A stretch of DNA of 64,000 bases from Octopus sinensis. Lineage: Eukaryota. The translations under genes and the position numbers were made by a program. The stretch is taken from contig NC_043010.1 of assembly GCF_006345805.1 (NCBI RefSeq), positions 50,716,001 through 50,780,000 of the forward strand, written 5' to 3'. The first letter of the stretch is position 1. Every line of letters begins with the position of its first letter. The notes beneath the pieces are model-generated. The model was not told where the DNA came from. It searched no databases and saw only the letters and a program-made list of their open reading frames with translations. Shown here piece by piece: positions 27,452 through 40,717 of the stretch.

Positions 27452-28170
27452 AATGATGATGATGGTGCTGGTGCTGGTGCTAGTGGTAGTGGTGTTTCTG
27501 TTGGTAGGGAGATCAGTTGTGTTGAGCTGGTTATGTTTGACGCGATCGTGGTGGTGGTGGAGGTGGCAGTGTTGTGGTGGTGGTGGTGGTGGTGGTGGTG
27601 GTGGTGGTGGTGGTGGTAGCGGCGGTGGTGGCGGTTGGCGGTGGCGGTGGTGGTGGCGGTGGCGTGGTGGTGGTGGTGGCGGTGTGGTGTGGTGGGTGGT
27701 TGTTGTTGCGTGGTGGTGGTGGTGGTGGTGGTGGTGATTGTGTTGTTGTTGTTGTTGTGGTGGCGGTGGTGGTGGTGGGTGGTGTTGTTGTGTTGTGGTG
27801 GGGGGTGGGGTTGGTGCCTTGTGTTGTTGTGGTAGTGCTGGTGGTGGTGGTGGTGGTCTGGTGGTGGCGGTGGTGCGGGTTGGTACTGCTGCTGCTGGTA
27901 CTTTGCTGCTGCTGGTACTGCTGCTGCTGGTACTGGTGCTGGGGTGCAGGTGGTGCTGGTGCTGCTGCTGGTGGTGGTGCTGGTGCTGCTGGTTTCGGTG
28001 CTGATGGTGCTGGTGCTGGTGATGGTCCGATGGTGATGGTTGTCGTCGTCGTCGTCGTCGTCGTGACGGTGGCGAGGGGTGGGGTAATTCTTTGATGGGA
28101 GGTGTGGTGTGACGTGGTGGTATGGATCTTGGTAGCAGTGGTAATTTTCATTGTGATGATGTTGTGATTG
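27211..28170. repeat. Compound trinucleotide microsatellite (GGT)n/(GTA)n/(GAT)n/(GCT)n
   Basis: Direct inspection. Confidence 0.95.
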
Positions 28171-28354
28171 TGAGATTGTTAACTACACACGCACACACAC
28201 ACACATACTACCAAACAACTAGGAATACACACACACACACACACACACACTCACACACACACGCATAAATAGAAATACATATTTCTCTTACAAGAACACT
28301 ACCCACAAGCACGCGTGCATGCGCACACATGCAGACAACCATATACACACAGAT

Positions 28355-28680
28355 GCGGCCATGCTGGGGCACTGCCTTTATTCGAAGAAATCGATCCCAG
28401 GACTTATTCTTCATAAATCTAGTAGTTATGCTATCGGTCTCTTTTGCCGAACCGCTATGTAACAGGGATGTAAACACACCAACATCGGTTGTCAAGCGGT
28501 GATGATGGGGACAAACACGGACACACAAACATATACATATATATATATACAACGGGTTTCTTTCAGTTTCCGTCTACCAAATCCACTCACAAGGATTTGG
28601 TCGACCCAAGGATAGGTAGAAGATACTTGCCTAAGGTACCATTCAGTGGGACTGAACCCGAAGCCACGTGGTTTAGAAGC
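28355..28680 (-). mobile_element. tRNA-SINE family A, partial
   Basis: Homology to other copies. Confidence 0.75.
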
Positions 28681-28684
28681 ACAG

Positions 28685-28729
<45 letters not shown>

Positions 28730-28872
28730 CTTACGCAATTCTTAAGATATACAAATATACTACTTAAGTTTCATCCCAAGGTAGCTTGTTACGAATATAG
28801 AAATGTATATATATGCACATATATGTATATGTGTATTATGAGTGTGTGTTTGTGTATGTGTATGTGTGCGTG

Positions 28873-28908
<36 letters not shown>

Positions 28909-29266
28909 TGTGTATGTGTGTGTGTGTACGTGCGTATGTGTGTGTTTATGTGTGTGTATAGCTTTCGATATTTTCTTGCCAAAGGGGTTTAAGCCAATAT
29001 TTACATATTATTTATAACTTTTTATTTAGTTAAATTGTTAAAATAATTTACATATATACGAACGGGAACGCGAAACTCTGAGTAACAGCTTTTGTGATGT
29101 CTTTGCAACTTATTAATAAAGTATATATATCTATATATTATATATATATATATAGTTGAAAAATTTCGTTATAGGTATAAATATACCACAAACAAGTATT
29201 GAAAAATGTAGGAAACGAAGATGCTGAATCAAAATTAGATTTAATACAAAATTGGATTCAATACAT

Positions 29267-29358
29267 ACAGACGTTTCGAAAGACATACAATTATGTAAGG
29301 AAAAATTATACTCATAGTAATTATAATTAAATTTATGCATTGTCATTCTCATCAGTGT
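29267..29358 (-). ncRNA. Type-I hammerhead motif with long helix II
   Basis: aca-CTGATGA-gaatgaca[...]tgtctttc-GAAA-cg-TC|tgt; palindromic ACGT helix III; GUC cleavage triplet. Confidence 0.68.
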
Positions 29359-29816
29359 GAAGAATTTTTGGAAGGATATCAAAAGAAGGTTTAATAAAAT
29401 AAAATAGAATAAAATAAGATACCATAAGGAAGAATACAGAAGGAGCAATAAGGAAAATTGGATATTTACAAACAAGTTGTGTGTGTATATATAAAGTATA
29501 ATTATAAAAATATAATGATAATAAAGGGCGCTGGAGGGACAGCACCTGTGCGCTAGAAATAGACGTAATATACATATATTTGAGGTGCAATATATGGAAT
29601 CATAGAATCGTGTGGCTATCACAGCAAGTTCCTCTAGCAGACTTGGCTAACAGATCACATAGTCATCCAATACAGAGGAGTATAATGCAGACTTCTATGC
29701 AGCTGAAATCCAAGTGATCCAATCGATGAAATTATTTCATGAGGAGTATATAAAACATAGAAAATCAGGAGGTATGAGAGGTGAATATATGTTTAGATGA
29801 TCATTTGATAGCCGTA

Positions 29817-29852
29817 GATTTACGGCCGTTTCGCAGTCTTCATCATGTAATA
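29817..29852 (-). ncRNA. Degenerate hammerhead-like motif
   Basis: ATGATGA-agactgc-GAAA-cggccg-TA; palindromic helix III; helices I and II weak. Confidence 0.4.
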
Positions 29853-30004
29853 ATAATTTCAGTGTGTGATAAATTATTTTACAAGTCTGCACCAATATGC
29901 TTGCTAAACATTGTACAGTACAGTTACACATTTACAAATCAATGCAGATGTAGAAGGCTAGCTCTTCAGATCACCTGAACATCACGTTACTCCGACGTTA
30001 TATA

Positions 30005-30505
30005 ACGTTGAAATTCCTGTCGCTGTTGAAGATAGGAAAAAAACCAAATACTTCTTTGATATCTTTAATCACGATAGTATTTCCCTTCATTATTTGATAA
30101 CATAATCCCATCTATGTGACAAACTATTGATCCCTTGGACATTAAATTCCAGTTTCAAAGCGAAGAACCACTTCACAATTAAAAAAAAACTGCTTTCCCT
30201 CTAAATAATGTTGCAATGATCTTTAAAGATGATAGTCTGATAAAGCAAGGTCAAACAAATGAGGAGGATGAGACAAAACTTCCATATTTAATGCCGCATC
30301 ATCTCCCGAGTCACTTAGATATTATCGTGTAAGAGTAACACCTCCTTAAGACTAATCAATGATGCAAGCTTTTGGGGGCAAAGCCTCCAATCAGACGAGA
30401 GGACGGTTGTTGAAGCTCTTCTGACATTTGCAATTGCTTCGCAAGAAGCACAAAGATGCACACTGTCGTTGTTGTTGTGGTTGTTGTTGTTGTTGTTGTC
30501 GTTGT

Positions 30506-30538
<33 letters not shown>

Positions 30539-31372
30539 CGTCGTTGTCGTTGTTGTTCTAGTTGTTGATGTCTTGTGTCCCTTTTTCTATTTCTGTTGTT
30601 ATTCTTGGAAGTGTTAAATCAAGTTTTTGTTTAACACTTCATGCTCACCAATCACAGAGCATAACTTATTTTCCAGTGTAGTCCTGGTTTAAGGATGGAT
30701 TCACTATTTTCATTGTGTGCTAACCATTGTCCTTTTCTTTATATATCGTTATAGGGAACCACTTCTTGTCATTTGTGATGATGCTTCTCAGGAAAGATTT
30801 TGTAACAAGTTTACCTTCCAACGGCAAGCAGAGGGCATCACTTTAAGATTAGCAGCAATCAAATGAGATGAGACTCACTGACCAAGTTTGGACACTTTTC
30901 CTGGTTCATTAAGGTGTTTTATGATCGAAGTGAGACTTGAATTGAACTATTTTCTGAAGTTTGTTTTGGATTTTCGTCAACTACTGTTTTCAGACGCTCA
31001 ATGTTGACAGAACTTGGTCGCCCAAATCGAGCAGAATTTGCGAGAGAAAAAAATGCCTCAGTAAAACAGGCCGAACTATCGTTGGCATATCCAAACCCTT
31101 GAAGCTTCATTTTTTCTTGTCGTTTCCATTGCTGAAGACCCCCAACTTTTGAATTCACACGGCATGCATTGGCTGGTATGGGACTGACCTAAAGTCCATA
31201 TAACAAGAGTAAAATCGATTCAAATTTAACTACTATGGCATAAAGTAATTTGCATAGAAAGAATAATAAACATGAGAATTTAAAAAATAATGCTTATATT
31301 ACCGTAAGTATTGCAAAAGCCCCCTCAAAGTGATCCTGTCAAAATGCAACAGGACTTTTTCGCCAACCTGAT
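30005..31372 (-). mobile_element. Old mariner transposon, heavily decayed, interrupted by a (GTT)n-tailed insert
   Basis: Fragments GRPSSV...ENP, FLRSIITNDKKW, KPGLH..KVMLC, DLALSDYHL; TIR-like end at 31345-31372. Confidence 0.65.
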
Positions 31373-31418
31373 ATATATCAGATAATGTCACAGTTCTACT
31401 GACAGTTTCATGAAAATA

Positions 31419-31977
31419 TTGGGTTGTCCGGAAAGTTCGTGCCGATTTTTAAAAGAAAGAAAAAGGTCAATAAATATTTGCCATTACATTTTTAATCAAC
31501 CAAATATGAACCATTTTGTTGCACAATGCGTCTCCATCTTTCCTTTAACTTGAAAATACTCTCTTCCCAGAATTGAAGTAGTTTAATGGCAAAGAATTCA
31601 TCAAGGTATCTTTTTACGTCATCCAAGGAATTGAAATTTTTACCATTAAGACTATTCTGCAGAGACCTGAATAAGTGGAAATCCGAAGGAGCAACATCTG
31701 GTGAGTATGGAGAGTGGCGTAACACATCCCAGCCGAGCTGCAGCAATTTTTGTCTGGTTCCCAAAGCATCAAGTGCCGAAAATGAGCTTTCTTATCTTCA
31801 ATTTTAAAGGGTTACAGAATTAACTCAGGTTATAGGAACATAAACCTTCTTCCACGAAAAGATAGCTTACTCTAAATGGAGGTGTAGTCAAATCCTATTT
31901 TATGGACTCAACCATGTTCTAAAATAAGTCGAAATGTAAGCTACAATAAATCGGCACGAACTTTCCGGACAACCCAA
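31419..31977 (-). mobile_element. Internally deleted mariner with perfect 30-bp TIRs
   Basis: TIR ttgggttgtccggaaagttcgtgccgattt at both ends, TA duplications; HSPYSPDVAPSDFHLFRSL (ORF 31492..31764). Confidence 0.9.
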
Positions 31978-32164
31978 TACTTACGCATACTTAAATTCAA
32001 AAAACAACAGTTTCATTTTTGTTTTTATCTTTCTTTTTTTTTAGGCAGATGTACATTCAACATGCATGCATGCTTGCACATCAGCATCAGTTGCACCACG
32101 CTAGGTTTCGACATGTGTGCGCTTTCATTCACACACATATTGATGTGTGTGGAGGAATTCGATG

Positions 32165-32665
32165 CATACACACACATACATATATACATGCATACATACA
32201 CACACACACAATATATACACACACAATACATACACACACATACATTCATACATACTTATAGACATGCATACATGCACACATACATACGCATACGACACAC
32301 ACACATACGTACTTACAAACATATACATACATATATACACAGACACACACATACATACATGCATACATACATACATACACACACACACACATACAAACAT
32401 ACATACATACATACACACATACATAAATAGATACTTGCATACATACACATATTCACACATACATTCATTCATACATACACATTCATTCATACACATACTT
32501 ACACATACATTCATTCAGACATATATACATACATACACACATACACACACATACACGCACACACAATCATACACATATACATTCACACATATATTCATTC
32601 ATACATACGTACATAAACACATACATACGTACATAAACACATACATACATACATACATACATACA

Positions 32666-32697
<32 letters not shown>

Positions 32698-32962
32698 CCC
32701 AAGCAGACGCGTTTGTGCATGTAATTTTTTATCTGTGGCAATTGATACATGTATAAATCAAAGTGTGTGTGCGCGTGTGCATGTGTGTATTTGTATGTAT
32801 GTGATAAGAGATGGAGGATATGTTTATATATATACAGGTGTGCGTATACATTTATAATACATATATACATATACACACACGCATATATTGGTATAGTTGT
32901 GCTTGTGTATCTTTATATTATATATGTGAATGTGAGCGTGTGTGTGCATCCACGTATGTGTA

Positions 32963-33010
<48 letters not shown>

Positions 33011-33105
33011 CATACATACATACATACATACATACTACATACATACTACATACATACATACATATGTATACGTACATACATATGTATATAAATATATATA
33101 TAAGC

Positions 33106-33144
<39 letters not shown>

Positions 33145-33220
33145 TACATTGATAAGTATGTATATGAGAGAGAGACAGACAGAGACAGACAGAGACAGAC
33201 AGGCAGACTGACAGACAGAA

Positions 33221-33253
<33 letters not shown>

Positions 33254-33264
33254 GGCAGACCGAC

Positions 33265-33357
<93 letters not shown>

Positions 33358-33644
33358 TATAGATAGATGGATGGATGGATGGATATTGTACGTATGTATA
33401 ATAAATATAAATACAAATAAGGAATGAGAAAATGCAGCAGTGAGCATGCATGCTCTCTCACACACATACACACACACACACACACACAAGCACACATACA
33501 CACATGCAAACATACACATATGCCCACTCCATACACACACGCACACATAACCCGAGCATGCATGCATGATAGATCACGTCCGCTAAGTTTTCTTTAACGG
33601 CATTAGATTTATTTCATTGATAACATTGGCACACTCGGAGCGCG

Positions 33645-33684
<40 letters not shown>

Positions 33685-34170
33685 ACAACACACGCACACA
33701 CACACACACATGCAGGCACACACGCAGACACACAGACACACACACACACATTCTCACACATAGCACATTCAGATACATTCACACACATTCACATACACGA
33801 ATATACAAATATATACATAAGCAAATATATACCCATAATATATATATATATATATAATATATATATATATATACATACACACACACATATTCAGACATGT
33901 ATACATATATCTTTATATGTATGTATATGCGTGAGTACGTATTTATGTGTATGTATATATATATATATATATATACACTACAGACATATCTTATATATAT
34001 ATATATATACATACAGACATATACATTACATACATATGCATATATATATATATACATATATATATATGCATATATATATACATATATATATATATGTGTG
34101 TGTGTGTAATATATAATACATATATAGAACATATATGCAAACACATACATGCATATATATTATATATACA

Positions 34171-34214
<44 letters not shown>

Positions 34215-34326
34215 ATATTACATATATACAATATATATGTGTGTGTGTGTTATACATATATAAATATATATATATATACATATATTATATATATATATAT
34301 ATACACCATATACATATATATATATG

Positions 34327-34359
<33 letters not shown>

Positions 34360-34360
34360 T
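32165..34360. repeat. Compound (CA)n/(TACA)n/(TA)n/(GACA)n/(GATA)n microsatellite block
   Basis: Direct inspection; similar blocks occur throughout the window. Confidence 0.95.
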
Positions 34361-34732
34361 GTGCACTACTGGTTATATACAGTGTACATTGATGCATATA
34401 CATTGCATACTGATGCTGATATATTGCACACTGCTGCGCAGATAAATTGCACATCGCTGCAATCTTTTTCTCTTTCTCCAGGAAGCTACGACAGCTGCAT
34501 CTGCATTTTTTAAGACCTTGACACATTTGCATAGCCTTTTGAGTATGCGAGTGTACGTGTGTGAAACTATGTGTGCGTGTGTGTGGTGTGTGTTGTGTGT
34601 GTGTGTGTGTGAGACTATGAATGTTGGATTATAGGCGCATGCTTTTGTCTGTACTTTCGTGCATGCGTGTTGCTGCGTGTATGCACACCTTTCTGTATTT
34701 TTGCAGCTATTACGCTGTATGGATTATACATA

Positions 34733-34768
<36 letters not shown>

Positions 34769-35009
34769 TGTATGTATGTATGTATATATATACATGCACA
34801 CACACATATACATACATATATATATATGTATGTGTGTCTATGTACATTTATATATATATTGAATATATATATGTGTATGTGAATGTATGTGTATATATAT
34901 ATATTGAATATTTATATATATGTGTGTGTGGGTGTGTGTGTGGGGGGGTGGGGGTGTGTGTGTGTGGTGTGTGTGTGTGTGTGTGTGTGTTTATATAATA
35001 TATATATAT

Positions 35010-35395
35010 GCGCAGGAGTGGCTGTGTGGTAAGTAGCTTGCTTCCCAAGAACATTGTTTTCTACCAGAGCCTCAGGCCGACCAAAGCATTGTGAGTGGAT
35101 TTGGTAGACAGAAACTGAAAGAAACCCGTCGTATGTGTGCATGTGTGTGTGTGTGTGTGTGTGTGTTTGTGTGTCTGTTTGTGTGTCTGTTTGCTCTCCA
35201 CACCACCACCACCATCGCTTGACAACTGATGCTGGTGTGTTTACGTCTCCGTAACCTAGCGGTTCAGCTAAAGTGCCCGATAAAATAAATGCTAGGCTTA
35301 CAAAGAATAAACCCTAGGGTCGATTTGTTTGAGTAAAGTCGGTGCTCCAGCATGACCGCAGCCAAATTACTAAAACAAACAGAAGAATAAAAGAA
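35010..35395 (+). mobile_element. tRNA-SINE family A with internal deletion
   Basis: Homology to other copies. Confidence 0.8.
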
Positions 35396-35508
35396 TATAT
35401 ATATATATTCATATACACACTCGTATACATATACACACATATGTATTTATATGTATGTGTGTGTGTACATTTATGTATGTACGAATATATATATGTAGTA
35501 TGTATGCA

Positions 35509-35560
<52 letters not shown>

Positions 35561-35646
35561 GAATTTACAAAAAGAAACAAAGGACGAAGACGGGTGTGTA
35601 AACAACAACTAGATGTATTAGTTTAGCGGTCGGGAAGTGAGAAAGT

Positions 35647-35682
35647 CTTTTATGTTTCGAGCCTACGCTCTTCGACGGAAAG
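35647..35682 (-). ncRNA. Degenerate hammerhead-like motif
   Basis: cttt-CCGTCGA-a-gagc-gtag-gctc-GAAA-ca-TA|aaag; two core mismatches. Confidence 0.45.
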
Positions 35683-35859
35683 GAACACAGAAATAAACAG
35701 GGAGAGAAAATAGGAAAAATGTATAGTGGCTAGCGACCTATCATGGCGAATGCCGGACAGTGGAATCACACAGGAGAGCTAGGAAGAAGGAGAGATAATA
35801 AAGTAGTGGTGATTCCAAAACGTGGGTGAGTGTATATGTATGTTTATATGAGTGTATAT

Positions 35860-36261
35860 GAGTCCATTATCACTAAAGATTTGGGTATGAGAGGCGTGCC
35901 TGCTAAGTTTATGCCAAAACTGCTTTCAGCTGACCAAAAAGACCCTCGGGTGCATAAGACCTCCTTGATTGTGTTGAGAATGGTGAAAACTTTTTGAAAA
36001 CTTTGTGTGGGGCCTCTTAGCAGATATCACCAAGGGTTTGGCAAAATTTGATACAGGTTCTCTGCTCAACTTTCTCTGTCATATTCAATGCGACGGTCAC
36101 ACGCTACACACCTTCCTTCCCAGCACTGCTGTAAACAGCGGGAGTGAGCTAGAACGTTAAAACAGAGTTCAAGGTCAAGCTGTGCCAAGCGGCTTTACGC
36201 TACAATCTTTAGCTACATTACTATGGCAACAGTCCGGATACTTATTGATCGAACCGCGTAT
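35860..36261. mobile_element. Rearranged mariner remnant/MITE
   Basis: IITKDLGMRGVPAKFMPKLLSADQK on +, then an inverted 5' end with TIR-like gtccggatacttattgatcgaaccgcgta. Confidence 0.6.
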
Positions 36262-36963
36262 ATCCCCATCAAGAGGAAAAGGCTAACGATCTAATACTCG
36301 AAGATGAGTTAACGCCGACGAGACGACGAATATATACACACACAAATTTGAATAAAAGTGTATGTATATATATGTATTGCTAGCAACAGGATATTATGTT
36401 CTGCATGAGTGTGTGTGTGTGTGTGAGGTTGTGTGTGTATGTGTGTGTGTGGAAGTATATGTAAGCGTGTGCGTGAGTACAGGCGGGAACATCTTCCTAT
36501 ATGTTTCAGCGAACGCATATGCGCATGTATCTAAAACGTAAGTGTTCGTGCATGCATGTGTGTGTATGTTGTATGTGTTTGTGTGTGTGATTGTGTGAGT
36601 GAGCGTCTGTGTGTGTGTGTGTGTGTGTGTTGTGAGTGCGCGTGAGAGTGTGTATGAGTGCGTGCGTTTAGGTGAAAGTTTGCGCTATTTCACTTCAATC
36701 TGCGAAGCTCATCAATCACTTGTTTCTTATACCCAATTTTTCTTTCAACCATCTCTCACAAACGCACACACACACACATACACACACACACGCACACACC
36801 ACGCACGCGCGCAAACACAAACTCAAACAGTGTAGTACTCACCAAGGCACATAAAGACAGTCGCAGATCTGCATATAATACACACACATCTATAATTAAA
36901 GAAATACACACAATTTATAGAAATAACCATATATATATGTATATATATACATATATATATAAT

Positions 36964-37019
<56 letters not shown>

Positions 37020-37102
37020 TATATATATGCGTTATATGTATATGAGTGGGGTGTATGTGTGTGTGTATATATATACACACACACAGTATATATATACATA
37101 TA

Positions 37103-37497
37103 GAGTGGCTATATGGTAAGTAGCTTGCTTACCAACCACATGGTTCCGGGTTCAGTCCCACAGAGTGGCACCTTGAGCGAGTGTCTTCTACTATAGCCTC
37201 GGGCCGACCAAATCCTTGTGAGTGGATTTGGTAGACGGAAACTGAAAGAAGTCCGTCGTATATATGTATATGTATATATTTGTATGTGTGTCTGTGCTTG
37301 TCCCCCACCACCACCATCGGTTGACAACCGATGTTGGTGTGTTTACATCCCCGTAACTTAACGGTTCGGCAATAGAGACCGATAGAATAAGTACTAGGCA
37401 TACAAAGAATAAATCCTGGGGTCGATTTTTTTAACTAAAGACGGTGCTCCAGCATGGCCGTAGTTAAATGACTGAAACAATTAAAAGAATAAAAGAA
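37103..37497 (+). mobile_element. tRNA-SINE family A
   Basis: Homology to other copies. Confidence 0.85.
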
Positions 37498-37543
37498 TAT
37501 ATATTTACATATATATATATATATATACGCGCGCACACACGTA

Positions 37544-37581
<38 letters not shown>

Positions 37582-37630
37582 TTTATATATTACGAATATA
37601 TATATGTAGTGTGTATGTATATGTATATAT

Positions 37631-37715
<85 letters not shown>

Positions 37716-37859
37716 TTTATATATTATACATTATGCACATATATACACATATACATATACATGCATATTTATATGCTTCCATGTGTACAATTAGATATAC
37801 GCCTGTTATTTGTAGAACACTTTGCTTATTGATATACAGGGTAAATCCTGGGAAAATGT

Positions 37860-39190
37860 ATGATAAACACATGATACGAAAACCGAAACACACTCACGAT
37901 AAGTTAAATAGTCTCCCATATCTCTCAACACACAATCCAAGAAATGCAGAATCTTACACAATTATATACAAGAACATCCCACTACTGTGTCAAGATCCAC
38001 GTCTAAAAAAAGCACTCGAACTCCTTAAAATAATAAAAAGCAAAAGACAACCCAAATCCTTAAAAAAAGCTACTCACCAATGCAGAATTACCCAACACAA
38101 GCCCACCACCTACCATCAAAATATGTGGTCGTTCCAACTGCAGAACTTGCATCCACCTTATTAAATGAACAATATACAAATTCCAGTCTGGACACACTTT
38201 TGTCGTAAAAAATAACATCACCTGCGCGTCAAAAAATTTACTTTATGCCATAAGGTGTGAAGGGTGCCACAAAGATTTCATAGAGCAAATGAGCCTTACC
38301 CTCGGAGAAAAGAAGACAGTTCACCGTCAACAATTGAGGGATCCCACCACAAGACAGATACCACTTAGTGGTCACTTAGATCTCTGTGCACAAAACAAGT
38401 CCCCCCAAATTCCTAGTTTTCCCACTATACCAATGCCCAGACAACACCACTGACCAAACAGGAATAAAAAAGGGAAAATAATCTTATTAACAAAAACACA
38501 GACCACAACTCAACATACTCTAACATACACCACCGCCAAGGTACACACCCACAATAAACACACAGAAACACATACAGATGTACAAAATCACACATAAATA
38601 CAATGCAAACCCCCCACGCAAACACACACATACATATACACACACGCACAAACACAATATCCCCATACTAGAGCACAAACCCACACACATTCCAAGAAAA
38701 AACACATACATATATACACTTGCAATACGATTCTACCAACCATAACCAACACTTACACACACACATATACACATACATAAACACGTACATGCTCACACCT
38801 ACACACACCACCCTGATAATTACAAATCACATTCACACAAACACACCCATATATACACATACACAAACACGCCCACGCAAATACAACACAACCCCCCACA
38901 CACACACACGCATATATGCACACATATATACACACACACACAAACAAAATACGCACGTTCCCCAGTAAATCCCACACACACGGAAAAGTAAAACACACAT
39001 ATGCACACAATACAATCCCATCAATCACAACAAACACTCACAAACACACAGACATACACACAAGCATGCACACACACAATGACACACACCTCCCTACAAA
39101 TACAAGACACATAGACACACTCATACAAACACTCACACGTATACACACATACTGCATTAACAATACAAACAAAACAAATCACTCACAAAT

Positions 39191-39229
<39 letters not shown>

Positions 39230-40315
39230 ACTACATAAACAATGCCCACATATATATACACACACACAAACGCATATCCAGTACCAACATGCACAGAAAG
39301 TACACACACACACATATACACCACCCGGATAAACCCAACACACACGGATACACACAGAGACCCTGATAAATACAACACACTCACACACACATACACAACC
39401 ACACATACCCACACACACACACACACACACATACATATGCACCCGCACACATATACGGTTGCTCACACACACACCACAAGGACAATTATAACAACACAAA
39501 CATACCCAAACCGAGACACACACACTCGCGTATACACACACATAACAACCCCACCAACACAAAACACACAAACATATACATGTAGCCGCAGACGCACACA
39601 AACACACATGCGAACAAACACATACACGCACATGCTCACACACGACACCCTGACAAATACCACTCACACACACACAACCAGTACAATTATAACAACACAA
39701 ACTTACTTAGACAGAGACACACACACACTCATGTACACACACATATCATCCCCACCAACACAAAACACACAAACATGCACACGAACACTCAGACGCACAC
39801 ATACACACAGGTGAATAAACACATACACACACACATGCGCATACACAACACCCTCACAAATACTAATCACACACAGACACACACACACACACACACACAA
39901 ACGTGCATACATATACACACACCATCCTACCAAATACAAAACACACACAGACCCATATACACACGCCACAATAAACTCTGGAACCAATCAAATATGGCCC
40001 ACACGGACAAACACAGCACATGTATATACACACATAGAGACGTGCACATAGAGACGTGCACAGACACACACACACACACACTCACACCATTCTGACCTCT
40101 AAGACCAGTCCCAAAAACCACTGAACCATGACAGACTAGCCCAGAAACAAAAAAAATCCTTTTGATTCCACATTACTCTCCCTCTCACCAACACTGTCCC
40201 TTAAAATAGCAAACATTCCTTAGCTACACACAAGACAGAAAATGTCAGAAAGACAGGTCATTTCCTCTCCAATTTTTTGTAAATTCTTAAATATATCTCC
40301 TTCTGTCTATATATA
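37860..40315 (+). mobile_element. Penelope-like (Neptune-type) element 3' part with long CA-rich tail
   Basis: LPYLSTHNP...KRQPKSLKK...CGRSNCRTC...NLLYAIRCEGC...VHRQQ...HL..C (linker plus GIY-YIG, frameshifted) to ~38520, then degenerate CA-rich tandem units. Confidence 0.75.
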
Positions 40316-40628
40316 TATACTACCAAACAAACATGATTTTTATTGAAGTTTTTAGTTGTCCCGTTCTGAATACTTTCTTAAATACTTTCTTGTAAACTGC
40401 TTTTAACATTTTCTTATTATTATCAAAGAATGTGTAACTGTATTTTAATACTTTTGTGATAACCATTACTTAACACAACAAAGCTTATACAAAGCTTTAC
40501 ATTTTACTTTTGACAATCTTTTTCAAAAAAGTGAAACTAGTCAATCAATAAACATCATTAAAATTGCATTTTCAAACATTCTTTCACATGTATATCTACT
40601 CGTGCGGTAGCTTACAACTTTACTTTGT

Positions 40629-40706
<78 letters not shown>

Positions 40707-40717
40707 TAATAATAATA

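Noticed and set aside
27369-28151. Pro/Thr/Gly-rich ORFs resembling mucin or extensin
   Set aside because: Compound trinucleotide repeat next to an assembly gap; no splice context.
36672-36722. Hammerhead-like ttgatga-gcttc...gaagt-gaaa on the minus strand
   Set aside because: Core C3 is changed and no convincing helix III forms.
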